Both the position numbers and the translations under genes were made by a program. DNA of 63,280 bases, filler included, from Octopus bimaculoides (Eukaryota), in NCBI RefSeq assembly GCF_001194135.2. It is 5 parts of 5 records of this genome, joined end to end, with 100 filler letters (N's around TTAATTAATTAA, not from the genome) between each part and the next. Parts side by side here need not be neighbours in the genome. Positions count along the whole stretch, not along the records: positions 22,861 to 42,791 come from NC_069001.1; 4 more parts are not named here. One strand, written 5' to 3'. The notes beneath the pieces are model-generated. The model saw nothing but the letters and a program-made list of their open reading frames with translations, did not search any database and was not told the origin of the DNA. The first letter of the stretch is position 1, and each line of letters begins with the position of its first letter. Of this stretch, positions 25,511 through 38,889 are shown in pieces.

Positions 25511-27329
25511 TCTTTNNNNNNNNNNNNNNNNNNNNNNNNNNNNNNNNNNNNNNNNNNNNNNNNNNNNNNNNNNNNNNNNNNNNNNNNNNNNNNNNNNNNN
25601 NNNNNNNNNNNNNNNNNNNNNNNNNNNNNNNNNNNNNNNNNNNNNNNNNNNNNNNNNNNNNNNNNNNNNNNNNNNNNNNNNNNNNNNNNNNNNNNNNNNN
25701 NNNNNNNNNNNNNNNNNNNNNNNNNNNNNNNNNNNNNNNNNNNNNNNNNNNNNNNNNNNNNNNNNNNNNNNNNNNNNNNNNNNNNNNNNNNNNNNNNNNN
25801 NNNNNNNNNNNNNNNNNNNNNNNNNNNNNNNNNNNNNNNNNNNNNNNNNNNNNNNNNNNNNNNNNNNNNNNNNNNNNNNNNNNNNNNNNNNNNNNNNNNN
25901 NNNNNNNNNNNNNNNNNNNNNNNNNNNNNNNNNNNNNNNNNNNNNNNNNNNNNNNNNNNNNNNNNNNNNNNNNNNNNNNNNNNNNNNNNNNNNNNNNNNN
26001 NNNNNNNNNNNNNNNNNNNNNNNNNNNNNNNTATGATTACTCTTTTACTCTTTTACTTGTTTCAGTCATTTGACTGTGGCCATGCTGGAGCACCGCCTTT
26101 AGTCGAGCAAATCGACCCCAGGACTTATTCTTTGGAAGCCTAGTACTTATTCTATCAGTCTCTTTTGCCGGGGACGTAAACACACCAGCATCGGTTGTCA
26201 AGCGATGTTGGGGGGACAAACACAGACGCGCAAACATATACACACACATACATACATATATATATACATATATACGACGGGATTCTTTCAGTTTCCGTCT
26301 ACCAAATCCACTCACAAGGCTTTGGTTGGCCCGAGTTTATAGTAGAAGACACTTGCCCAAGGTGCCACGCAGTGGGACTGAACCCAGAACCATGTGGTTG
26401 GTAAGCAAGCTACTTACCACACAGCCACTCCTACGCCTCTTTTTTGATAAACTACCTGAAAATATCTTTAGTTCTCGGATAGTAAAATCATATTTTAAGC
26501 GTTCTTACTGAAATTAAAACCTTCAATAATCATTTTTATCTAAGAAAATGTTTCGTTAGACTATGGTTGAGTCTATTAAGCTTCGGTTAATTATATTCTT
26601 TTATCGTTTTACTGGTTTCAGTCATGAGACTGCAGACATGCTGGGGCATCACCTGAAAGAATTTTAGTCAAACTAATCAACTCCAGTACGTCTTTTTCTT
26701 TTAAGCCTGGCATTTATTCTATCGGTGTCTTTTGCTGGACCACTAAGTTACAGGGACATAAGTACACCAGCTCTGGTTGTCAAACGGTGGTAAGGGACAG
26801 ACAGACACACATACACAATGTGCTTCTTTCATTTTCCTTCATCCAAATCCACTCACAAAGCTTTGGTCAGCCCAAGGCTTATAGAAGACACTTGCCCAAG
26901 GTGTCATGTATGTAGGACTGAACCCAGAACCATGCGATTGGGAAGCAAACTTCTTACCACACAGCCACTTACATGTTTGCTACACAAAAGTCATCTCCTG
27001 AAAATTTTTTCACCCATGTTATGGTTGTGTGGTTTCTACGGCACCAGGCTGACCAAGCCTTAAGAGTAAATTTGATAGCTTGAAACTGAAAGAAGCCAGT
27101 AATATGAATGTGTTTGTATGTGTTATCATTTGTGCTTGTCTAAAAAAAATCACCGAGCTACAAGCAATGGTAGAATCACTTCCACTGCCAGCAAATTATT
27201 TTCTACCTTGCTCTTTTCCAGACTTTATCCAGTGTATCATTCCATTTTTAAAAAGACATTAAGGGTACGTAGTCATACAAACTATACTTCTAACTTGCTT
27301 CTCTGTTGAGCTTCCTATTAGTCATTATT

Positions 27330-27805
27330 AGTGCCGCTGGACTGGCTCCCGTGCAGGTGGCACGTAAAAAACACCCTTTTGAGCGTGGCCATTGCCAGTA
27401 CCGTGTCACTGGCTCCCGTGCAGGTGGCACGTAAAAAACACCCTTTTGAGCGTGGCCATTGCCAGTACCGTGTGACTGGCTCCTGTGCAGGTGGCATGTA
27501 AAAAACACCCTTTTGAGCGTGGCCATTGCCAGTACCGTGTGACTGGCTCCCGTGCAGGTGGCACGTAAAAAACACCCTTTTGAGCGTGGCCATTGCCAGT
27601 ACCGTGTGACTGGCCCTCGTGCTGGTGGCATGTAAAAGCACCCACTACACTCAAGGAGTGGTTGGCATTCGGAAGGGCATCCAGCTGTAGAAATTCTGCC
27701 AGATCAGATTGGAGCCTGGTGCAGCCTTCTGGCTTGCCAGTCCTCAGTCAAATCGTCCAACCCATGCTAGCATAGAAAGTGGACGTTAAACGATGATGAT
27801 GATCA
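27330..27805 (+). mobile_element. SINE-like family B with (GAT)n tail and 67-bp VNTR. Other copies: 22861-23090, 23365-23780, 28930-29290, 51390-51980, and decayed ones at 5935-6140, 13000-13220, 36375-36530, 37745-37960
   Basis: Shared body ...ttaggaagggcatccagctgtagaaa...ccaacccatgctagcatggaaagcggacgttaaacgatgatgat. Four 67-bp units start at 27341, 27408, 27475 and 27542. Confidence 0.85.
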
Positions 27806-28788
27806 TCATCATCATCATTTAACGTCTGTTTTCCATGCTGGCACTAATTGGACTGTTTGACCAGAGCTGAAAAAGCAGGACCAGGTTCCAGTATGATTCC
27901 GCTTGGTTTCCTACTACCAACCACTTTACAGAGTGTGGTATGTGCTTTTTACATGGGACCAACATGGGTGCTTTTTACATGGGACCAACATGGGTGCTTT
28001 TTATGTGGCTAAGCAGTCATATGTCTCTTTATTCTAATAGCTTCTTTCCCCAAATTGCTGCTCTCCAGAACTCACAACCATCATCTTTTCCTCTGATCTA
28101 TGATATTCAGTCTGTTAATTTCTTTAGCATTCCCATTATTTTGTCAAAAGTAAAGCTCATTTATTCACATTGTTTTGAATTAATCATGCATTATCTCATA
28201 GCTTTGAGATTTTGAGGAGATAACTTAATTTTTAGAACGATATTGTAGGGTTGGTGTGAGAAGCCAGATCTGACCAGTTTGAACATAACACAAGTAAAAT
28301 ATTGGCAGGATATGGCTGGTTTAAATACTGAAGGGTTAAGATTAGCTTTCTTCTCAAATGACATGCCTTGAATATGTAGGTCCCTTTTTTATTTCTTTGT
28401 AGTCCCTAATGTTACACTGGCATGAAGCTTTGTTTTGGGACAAAATCATATAAAAAAAAATTCTATTATAGCAGATTTGATAGGGATAAATTGAATCAAT
28501 AGCTTATATGACAATGTGTAGTATAATCCACAATTCTAGAAAGCTAAGGTTTACACTTAGACTTTCTGTCAACTCCCTACATACTTATAGTCCTGCATGG
28601 CTTAGTGGTTAGGGTACTCAACTGGGGACTGTAATGTCATGAGTTTGATTCCTGGTAGCACATAGTGTCCCTGAACAAGGCATTTTATTTCAAACTGTTA
28701 ATGTGTACTCAGTAGGCAAATATGTGTGGTACCTGTGTTTCAAAGGGCCAAGTTGTCACATTCTGTGTCAAGCTGAATCATCCTGAGA

Positions 28789-28858
28789 ACTACATGTGTT
28801 CTTGAGCGGCATGTGTTCTTGAGCTACATGTGTTCTTGAGCTACATGTGTTCTTGAGC
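28789..28858. repeat. 17-bp minisatellite (ctacatgtgttcttgag) x4
   Basis: Direct tandem units. Confidence 0.9.
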
Positions 28859-30129
28859 AAAACACTGAGAACTACATGTATCCATAGATTCCTCAGCCAC
28901 TTGCACATTAATTTCACAAACTGGCTGTTGCCAGTACCGCCTGACTGTGTCCGTTGCCAGTACCGCTTGACTGGCCTTCGTAGGATTTTCGAGCGAGATC
29001 GTTGCCAGTGCCCCTGGACTGGCTCTTGTGCGGGTGGCACATAAAATACACCATTTTGAGCGTGGCCGTTGCCAGTACCGCCTGACTGGCCTTCATGCGG
29101 GTGACACGTAAAAGCACCCACTACACTCTCTGAGTGGTTGGCATTAGGAAGGGGGCATCCAGCTGTAGAAACTGCCAAATCAGATTGGAGCCTGGTGTAG
29201 CCATCTGGTTTCACCAGTCCTCAGTCAAATCGTCCAACCCATGCTAGCATGGAAAGCGGACGTTAAACGACGATGATGATGATGATGATCAGATCGACTG
29301 GGACACTTGTCCTTGAAACCAACAGAGTGCCAGTCTTTTTTCTTTTTGTTTCTTTTTCTTTGTTTTTTATTCCAGTCTAGCATGATGAAGGCCAACCTGA
29401 AGATTCTACAACAACAATCACAGCCAGTAGTTTTCAGAATGGCTCTCACCAAAAGGGAGGCACAGTAATCTATTATACAATGGCTGGGTGAGGCATGCCT
29501 AGTTGTTAAGCAAACTACTTGTGTATTGGATACCAAATCCATTTTACACAGTCATGCCAGGACAAAGGAAAAAGTTACACCAAAGAACAATCGAAAACAT
29601 TCAACCATCACACTTAATAAACACAGCATAGAAGTAGGGATGTGTGGTTAAGAAGCTTGCTTTGCGACCACATGGTTTCATGTTCAATCCCACTGTAGCA
29701 CTTTGGACGATAACCTTGGGCTGATCAATGCCTTGTGAGTGAATTTAATAGATAGAAACTAAGTGGAAGCCCATCGTGTAGACTGTGTGTGTGCACATCT
29801 TTCGGTTTGTGCTTATAACCCTCAGTTTCACAACCAATGCTGGTTTGTTTATGTCTCTGTAACACAGCAGATCAGCAAGTGACTGATGGAATTAATACCA
29901 AATTTTAAAGAAAACATTCCTTCAGGCAGTTCCCCCATCATGGTCACAGTCCAACGACTGCAACAAGTAAAAGGTAAATGACACAGCTATGTAAAAGACA
30001 AACATGCTATAAGTTACATAAAATACTTCCACAAAATTTTCAAAAAATGCGTAGAAACATAAAGCAGTATACAACAAAAGGATTGAACCACTGAGTGTAC
30101 TGCTAAGTGCCTACACAATGACAGCATTG

Positions 30130-30509
30130 TTGTAGTTGGCACTCCGTCGCTTACGACGTCGAGGGTTCCAGTTGATCCGATCAACGTAACAGCCTGCTTG
30201 TGAAATTAACTTGCAAGTGGCTGAGCACTCCACAGACATGTACCCTTACTGTAGTTCTCAGGGATATTCAGCATGACACAGTGTGACAAGGCTGACCCTT
30301 TGAATTACAGGCACAACAGAAACAGGAAGAGTGAGAGAAAGTTGTGGTGGAAGAGTACAGCAGGGTTCGCCACCATCCCCTGCCGGAGCCTAGAGGACCT
30401 TTTTAGGTGTTTTCACTCAATAAACACTGACCACGCCCGGTCTGGGAATCGAAACCACGATCCTATGACTGCGAGTCCGCTGCCCTAACCACTGGGCCAT
30501 TGCGCCTCC
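30130..30509 (-). mobile_element. tRNA-head SINE family E just inside the COP1 intron. Homologues at 49480-49618 and decayed at 48480-48810
   Basis: A-box tggcccagtggttagg and B-box gtttcgattcc. The head is near-identical in reverse complement to 49480-49618. Confidence 0.8.
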
Positions 30510-30555
30510 ACCCAATGACAACAACACATCAAGGAACCTACACATAACAACTTAC

Positions 30556-30686
30556 CAAATGTAATCATTATCCTTGTCTTCAAAGGTACCATCTATGCCA
30601 CTGTAAACATGAGGGTGTGGTCTCTTCCTTCGTCTTGGTCCTAACTGGGAACAACTGTTGGATGATCCCCCAGTACTGCTTGACAT
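30556..30686 (-). CDS. COP1: E3 ubiquitin ligase COP1/RFWD2, first ATG-containing coding exon (whole exon 30556-30714)
   Basis: Polypyrimidine tract plus ttgtag| acceptor at 30715-30716 and tg|gtaagt donor at 30555. Encodes MSSSTGGSSNSCSQLGPRRRKRPHPHVYSGIDGTFEDKDNDYI plus 'tg' (phase 2). It splices in frame to the RING exon to give Cys. Resembles the recalled vertebrate COP1 segment RKRP...YEDKSNDFVC. Confidence 0.88.
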
Positions 30687-33014
30687 TGTATTGTTAGCTA
30701 TCCCTGTTCTTATCCTACAAGCAAATGGAAAAAAAAACACTTTGTAAACTAACAGAAAAACAAATCATATATAAGTAACTATTTGGACTTTCGTTCACTG
30801 CTTGGGCTACCTGATGTCATCCATAGTTACAGTATGATTTTCACTGGATTTATGTCAGGAATCCCACAGTGTTAATTTAGTATATAATTGATGAAAGAAA
30901 CAGAAAATAGATTTGGTACAAATCTTTATTCAACATGACAATTGTAAGGGACAGATGCAGGATGGGTTGAAATGAGCATCGTATTGAATAAAGATTCATG
31001 CCAAATCCATTTTCCTCATCAANNNNNNNNNNNNNNNNNNNNNNNNNNNNNNNNNNNNNNNNNNNNNNNNNNNATATATACACACACACATTTCCATTCC
31101 CCTCATCAATTATATACACACACACACACACAGAGGCATATATATATACACACACACATGTGTATGAAGGTGCATCAGCAAATGGTTGGGTGAGGCATGC
31201 CTAGTTGTTAAGCCAACTATCTGTGTATTGGATACCAAATCCATTTTACAGTCAAGCCAGGAAAAAAGAAAAAGTTACACCAAAGAACATTGAAAACATT
31301 CCCAGACCAGGTGACATGTGTTCTTGAGCAAAACACTTAATTTCATGTTGCTGTGCTCGGAGGAGAGAGGTAGAATCATTGGTACATTGGCAGATATACT
31401 TTACAGTATATTTTCCAGCTCTCCACGTTCCGAGTTCAAACCCCACATGCCTGGAGAAGACTGAAGACAACAGGAAGCCACACTCCCATATTCACCCCAA
31501 GTCTAGTCACGGTAACCAAAGTTCCAATAGTCTACTTAGCAGGGGAGGATATGGTCCCTCCCAGGTCATATAGAAAATGTTGGAGAAGGTTCACATTTAC
31601 AGGACCTGCTCAACAGTAGATCACTACTAGACTATATAAGAATAAAAGGTTCCACAAAAAGACAACAAAGGAGCACATGGGAAATATACACAAAAATGTG
31701 GACATGCTCATCCCTCATCAGTTATCAATCAAAAATCATTACAATTTCAAGCCTTATTGATAAGGCATATAACAAGATAGAACTGTTTCAAACAAGGATC
31801 CCATAGATTCATGTATCTACAGGTTTGCATATATGCATGTGTGTGTGTGTGTGTGTAGATCTTAGAGTACAGGCATCAAGTAACTTGCACCATTGTCTCA
31901 CATTGACCTTGTGACTGAAATAGTGTAAGGCTCAATGTTTAGAGCGTTGGGCTCACAATCATGAGGTAGTGAGTTTGATTCCTGGACCGGGCTGTGTGTT
32001 GTGTCCTTGAGCAAGACACTTTATTTCATGTTGCTCCTGTTAACTCAGCTGTAGAAATGAGTTGCAACATCACTGGTGCCAAGCTGTATCTGCATTTGTC
32101 TTTCCCTTGGATAACATCGATAGAGTTGAGAGGGGAGGCTGGTATGTATGGTGATTGCTTCCATAAAACAACCTTGCCCAGACTTGTGCATCGGAGGGGA
32201 ATTTTCTAGATGCAATTCTTTTACCCTTATAACTGCTATTCAAAGGGAAAGTCACTACAGTGAGTCAGGCACTACAGATAATCAAAACAACTGGAGTACA
32301 TATATCACAGAAACTGATGCAACATCTATCATATTTTATTCTAGTATTGGACACACAGTGAAACCAGCTAAACAAGGGGCTTCTTCACTTTTCTGTCAAG
32401 TAAGTTCCAATCACAAAGTATGGATGGATGGATGGATAAACAGATAGACTTATACATGCAGAGATATGTGTGAATATATGTATAAATATATATGATGGGC
32501 TCTCCCATCAAACACAATGTATGAACATTCAGCTTTTGCCAAATGACCTGCACAGGTGATTTGTTTACAATGGTCCATTGTTTGTGCCACACATTAACTC
32601 ACTCTCTCCATCAAATCGACATTGTCAGAACAGGTGCACTGTGTGCCACGCGTCAGGTGCCAAAGTGATTGCAGAGCATTGTGAGATGAAGTGTTTTGCT
32701 CAAGAACACAACACACCGGTCTAGGAATTGAAATCACAACCTAACCACTAGGCCATGGCACCCTCACACACACACATAACTCTTTGAAACGCCAGTGTTT
32801 TAATGGTGGCAGCTGATGAAGGATATGTTCTCTATGTGGCTTGCTTGTTTTTTGTACCTTATTTATCATTTTGTTCATGTTTTTTTGCAATGTCATGTAC
32901 CCAGATATGTATCTATATGTACATGTAGATGAAGGTATGTACATACATATGCATATACTCGTATATTGTTTGTATCACATGATCGAACGCACACGTTATC
33001 TTTACACAGTAAGT

Positions 33015-33102
33015 ATTTGAGTTGATATAAAGAATAATAATAAATGGAGCAAAATGCATGCATTTTGCTCTATTTATTATTAATCTTTATATCAACTCAA
33101 AT
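33015..33102. repeat. 88-bp zero-spacer palindrome
   Basis: 44-bp arms with 2 mismatches, centred on gca|tgc at 33058/33059. Confidence 0.9.
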
Positions 33103-33284
33103 GCATCACTTTAACATGGAATTTCTACCCCTCATCCAGGTATAATATCCCAGTTTCTGTGTGATTTTTGCTACCCTGGTATCTATTAACATATTTGCAT
33201 TATCGAAGTTTTCCAACCAAGATAATATTAATATATACATATATATATATATACATACATATATATATATATATATATTTACAG

Positions 33285-33420
33285 AAAAACAAAAGACGAA
33301 GGCAGGTGTGTGGACAACAAGCAGGTATATTAGTTTGATGCTCAGGAAAGTGAGAAAGTCTTTTACGTTTCGGGCCTACGCTTTTCAACAGAAAGGAATA
33401 AGAGAAAATAAACACAGAGA
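33285..33420 (-). mobile_element. Same Penelope-like repeat; motif 33360-33394 with damaged helix II
   Basis: Clear homology to 9120-9300. CTGTTGA...GAAACGTA is retained. Confidence 0.55.
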
Positions 33421-33936
33421 GAATGAAAAGAATTGTGGATTTAGCGGTCAAGCACAGAAGTGGCTGTGTAGCAATAAGCTTCTTTCCAATCACATGGTTC
33501 CAGATTCAGTCCCACTGTGTGACACTTTAGGCAAGTGTCTTCTACTGTGGCCTCAGACAAAACCAAGGCCTTGAGTGCATTTGATGGACGGAAACTGGAA
33601 AAAGCCTGTCATATGAGTGCGTGTGTATGTGTGTCATTATGTACATGTTTGTCCCCCACCACCGGTTGACAACCGGTGCTGGTTTGTGCATATCATCGTA
33701 ACTTAGCGGTTCGGCATAACAGCCGATAGAATAAGCACTAGGCTTTAAAAAAGTACCCTACATGACGAAGCCCCAGCAATGGCAACAGTCTAATGACTGA
33801 AAACAAATAAAAGATAATCGTGCTAAGAATTCATAAATTAAGGGGGGGGGGGAAACAGGTACTCATATGTTTGTTACCAGAGTGGGGTATTAATGTTTAC
33901 AATACTCAATTATAGATCCATTTAAACTGATCTTAC

Positions 33937-34034
33937 TAACTGGTTTCGCACATGAGAGTTAGAGGAAAATCCCCCTTTTCATATCAACCCTCGTAATAAG
34001 CGCCGGGATTTTTGAAGTTCTTCCCTTAACTCGC
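33937..34034 (-). other. Candidate alternative 5' exon of COP1
   Basis: ttttgcacag| acceptor and gtta|gtaaga donor at the edge of a CpG-enriched region. Splicing to 30714 puts an in-frame TAG upstream of the ATG at 30686. Confidence 0.3.
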
Positions 34035-34303
34035 CTGTGCAAAACCGATTGATAAAAATCGTCTCAAATGGATCCATTAATATTGTATTATATAAAAAAT
34101 ATGCGTGTGAAAGAAAGGGAGAGAAATGGACATAAACGTGATGTGTATACACTTGGAGAATTTTCAACGTTAAGTGAAGATTTTTCCAAAACGGATCTCT
34201 AAGGAACCACAGGTGCGAATGCTTGATAATGATGTTTAAATATAATGTGTATATCTTCTGGAATGCACATACGCATCTGTGTGTGTGTGTAATATTCGCA
34301 TGC

Positions 34304-34346
<43 letters not shown>

Positions 34347-35187
34347 CTTTATGCGTACATATAGATTTTTTTCACACAGACACAGCATAGAACACAGAAT
34401 ACGAAGAGATAGGGAAAAGATTGATTAGGAGTGTTCTACGTAAAAGACAGAACTGAGAGGTCTTATAGCAACGATATGGCAGCAACCAGTGAACTCAAGT
34501 CGAACTTCAAAGACGACAGTCACATACATCAAAAGCAACAATAACCCGCACTGTAAGTTGGAGTAAACGAGGAGGTGGGTGGAATATTAGCAAGGTACTC
34601 CGTCGTAATAGACGTTTCAAACGCTGGTCGAAAATATATAAGAACATCAATATGATAAGCAACGGCAACAATACAACATCGTTTTGGGAATATGGTGATG
34701 GTCGGTGGAGAAAGAGAAATGGCACCATTTCAGCTTTGTAACCAAACTGACCTGACCTTTATGACACGTGGGTGTGGGCACTTTGGTTTAGACAGACAGC
34801 AGAAAACGACCACCACAGTAACGAAACAGACCCAGGCAAAGCGTAAAAGGGGTTTAGTGCGTGTATGTTATTCCAGAAGGGGAGGTGACAAGTTCAAAAA
34901 ACAAGCTATGTCTGGCCACTTGGGATAAAAGTACTCAAGACAAAGTCTGAGAGTGGAAAAATAACTATTTTTATCCATAATTCCTAAGTTCGCGACGTGC
35001 CATCAGCGAAACAGAAGATATATATTCCGTCGGACAAACAATTATGGATTAAGTATTATATACACACACGTGTGTATATATATATATNNNNNNNNNNNNN
35101 NNNNNNNNNNNNNNNNNNNNNNNNNNNNNNNNNNNNNNNNNNNNNNNNNNNNNNNNNNNNNNNNNNNNNNNNNNNNNNNNNNNNNNN

Positions 35188-35525
35188 ATATAAATATAAA
35201 TATATATATATAAATATATATATATATAAATATATAATATATAAATAAATATATATATATATATATATATTTAAATATAAATACATATATATATATACAT
35301 ATAAATACATATAAATATACATATAAATATATATATATATATACATATAAATATATATAATATATACATATAAATATATATAATATATAAATATTTATAT
35401 ATAAATATATAATATATATATATAAATATAAATATATATATATAAATATAAATATATAATATATAAATATAAATATATAATATATAAATATAAATATATA
35501 ATATATATATATAATATATAAATAT

Positions 35526-35581
<56 letters not shown>

Positions 35582-35644
35582 ACATATATATACATATACA
35601 TATAGATACATACCTACCTATATATACATACATACACAAACATA

Positions 35645-35685
<41 letters not shown>

Positions 35686-35830
35686 ACATATATACATACA
35701 TACATACACAAACATATATATATATATATATATACATACATATATATATATATATACATAGATACATATATACATAGATACATATATACACTTACCTGCA
35801 TATGAATACCTACATACACTATATTCACAC
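35188..35830. repeat. Long AT/(TA)(CA) compound satellite
   Basis: Almost pure A/T followed by a CATA-type array. Confidence 0.95.
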
Positions 35831-36538
35831 ACATACACTTTATACATATATGTACATACAGTGTGTATGAATACAATTACCCTGCTTTGTCCCCGTCCCC
35901 CTGTATAGAAACTGTAAAACATTTTATCTGTTTACTAATCGAATGTACTGTGAGCAAATCTTAACAATGGCTCAGTTCTCAGTTGATTAAGAAATTCTTT
36001 TGGCATTTGTTCAGCCAAGTCTGTGGAAATGTGCTACTGCACTCTATCCATACACTCACTCTGTCACACACATATACACGCATTCATGACTCGCATGCAT
36101 GTCACATGCATGCGTCATACATACATACACACAACACTCATACATGTGTGCAAAACTCACGCACACATCAAACACCTATTTCATTTCATGTCCATCTAAA
36201 ACTTTGATGTAAGATGTTGTATAGGCACATGTATGTATGTGTGTGTGTGTGTACTGTTGCTTCTGTGCTTGTATAAAGCATTGCATGTGTGTGTGTAGTG
36301 TTGCAAGTATGCATATGTGTGTGTGTGTGTGTGCTTGTAGAGTAGAACATAGATGTTAAAGGTTGATGGATCATCCTCATTTAACGTCTGTTTTCCATGC
36401 TGGCATGGGTTAGACTGTTTGACTGGGATTGGTAAGCCAGAGAGTTGCAACAGGTTTCAGTCCTTGGTTTTGGCTTGATTTCTACGGCTAGATGCCCTTC
36501 CTAACACCAACCACTTTACAGAGTGTACTGTGTGTGTA

Positions 36539-37640
36539 TGAGGGTTGGTTGAAAAATTCATAGGCTGACCCAGAGATTCTAAGGTATTTTTTTTCAACAT
36601 AGTCCCCTATGTCGTCCACACACTTCTTCCATTGATGTTGCTGTGCTTGGATCCCATTGATAAAAATCCTTTCATCCTTTTGGTAAAGAAACAAATGTCA
36701 TCAATAGTTGATATGTCATCATCAATGTTTTACTGGTTCCCAACCAAGTGCTTTTTTTTTTTTTTTTTCATGTTGGGGAGCAGGTGATAGTCAGATGTGC
36801 CCAAATCCATAGAATAGGGACAGTAATCAACCAATTCAAAACTTCACTCATGCACAGCAGTCATTGAAACCAAGGAATTGTGTACTGGAGCATTCTCTTG
36901 ATGAATCAAGGCCCCCACTTCATCAGTTTTCCTGGGCGTTTGGTCTTGATAGCCTTTCATAACTACCTCTGCAAGTTGGCATACTACTCTTCATCGATGG
37001 TGTGGCCCTTTTGAAGATAGTCAATAAACACAATGCCTTTTGCATTCCAAAAAAAAAAAACTGATGCCATCACCTTTCCTGCAGATGAAATGACTTTTGC
37101 CTTCTTTGGAGGGACGTTTCCACTGCACAGATTGTCTCTGAGTCTCTGTTTAAAATGATGTTAATAATCAATCTCTGTTAGGAAATATTCAAGGAAACCA
37201 GCAGGATTTGCCTCAGACAATGTCAGATTTTCCTGTGATGTGATCAGCCCGTGTGCTTTCGATCAGGTGTCCTCACTCCCAAGATATGCCAAGAGCATTG
37301 GCTCAATCACCTGTCATCCATCCATCAGCATGTGTTGAACATGATCTATGTTTTCCTCGGTGGTGGCAGTTGCAGGATGTCCAAACCTTGGGTCATCTTC
37401 CATACTCTCCCTTCCCCTCCGAAATTCGGCTGGTCACTTTTGCACTGTTGATAAAGCTGGAGAGTCATCTAATATAGCAACTATGTCAGCATGAATGCCG
37501 TTGGGAGGGGCTAAACTCTTTTCTTACAGGGACTTGATAACATCATGATGCCAAATCTTGTCCATTTTCAAGAGAAGTAACTACTCGTTAGTTCTGAAGT
37601 CTTTGAAGAGTCAGATGTCAATTTACCTGGAAAGAAACAA
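36539..37640 (-). pseudogene. Mariner (Mos1/SETMAR-like) transposase pseudogene
   Basis: MDKIWHHDVIK...EFRRGRESMEDDPRFGHPATATTEENIDHV and FELVDYCPYSMDLGTSDYHLLPNMKK (YSPDLAPSDY motif), with stops. TA plus a TIR-like end at 36537. Confidence 0.85.
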
Positions 37641-38600
37641 AGCAATTATTAATAAGAGTTGAAAATGCATACAAGATTTCACAGCCCTAACATCACTCCT
37701 TTATGCTTGTAGAGTGGAACACAGCTGTTAAATGATGATGGATCATCATCATTTAATGTCCGTTTTCCATGCTGGCATGGGTTGGACAGTTTGACAGGAG
37801 CTAATAAGGCTGGGACACACACTAGGCTCCAATGGTTTTTATGGCTGGATGCCCTTAGTAATGCCAACCACTTTACAGAGTTTATTGGGGGGCTTGTTAT
37901 GTGGCACCAGTACTGGTATCAGTTTTGCTATGGTGGACAGGTGTTCTTGAGTACAACAAGGTGCCAAATATGTGTGTGTGTGTGTAAATAGCAAAATGAT
38001 TCATACAGCAAGGTTTGTGATGATGGAGGTAATTTTCAGAGGAAGATGTTGCTTGACAAAACATGAAACATAAAAAATAGAAAGAGAAATCATTATCTAC
38101 CATTGACTGGCGTTGCTGTGTTACCTCCTTGTTAGGTTATTATGTATATAAACTTTTGAATACTAACACACACATCACTTTACATATACAGACCGAACAC
38201 TACACACACATGGAGTCCTCCCCCCCCCCCCACGCAGCAATCTATGTATACAACACTGCACATATGACATTGTACATATACATACATAACATAACACTGC
38301 AAATGTACATACAATACTCTACACACACGTGCATATGTAACATGCTACACACACACACACACACTAACACAAAACACTATACATACACTTGCAATACTCT
38401 ATATAGACATACACATGCTACACATATACTACACACACACATACATACTCATCAGTCTACAAGTACACAATCTGCATGCATGCATGCAGTCTCTCTCTCT
38501 CTCTCTCTCTCCACATATCAATCTATGCATGCATGGACACATCACTCGATAAACACACACCCTCACGTTCATCACAACTGCCCTTTTATATTGTTTGAAC

Positions 38601-38889
38601 CAGTGGTTCTCAAGCTCAGTCCATATGACCCCTGGGGGGGGGGGGGTCCATGTAAGACTTTTGGGGATGCACAGTTGTATTTTAAGGTTTCATGAAAAAA
38701 ATTTTTGTTTTTATGGCAAGAAACTGCTGGGTTTCTTTCTCTAACATTTTACACAGTTCAACCATTACAAGTTAATGTGTGGAAAAACAAAATAAGAATT
38801 TCAGAAGAAGCTTCTGCAAAACTGGTAATCCACAGAATTAAATAGTAATCAATGGGGTCCATAGATGTAAAAATGATTGAGAACCACTT
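38601..38889. mobile_element. hAT (Charlie-like) MITE
   Basis: TIR cagtggttctcaa / ttgagaaccactt with 8-bp TSD gtttgaac / gtttaaac. Confidence 0.75.

Noticed and set aside
25120-26440. Apparent tandem duplication of a SINE plus flank across a gap
   Set aside because: Both copies end in the same flank beside N-runs. Probably uncollapsed alleles or overlap, though not proven.
27290-27654. Repetitive ORFs (WQWPRSKGCFL... etc.) and a CRISPR-like appearance
   Set aside because: The 67-bp units are contiguous with no unique spacers, the period is not a multiple of 3, and they belong to a SINE-like element.
32812-32850. CTGATGA in a repeat fragment (also 31715 on the minus strand)
   Set aside because: No downstream GAAA/NUH with pairing, so no hammerhead can be built.
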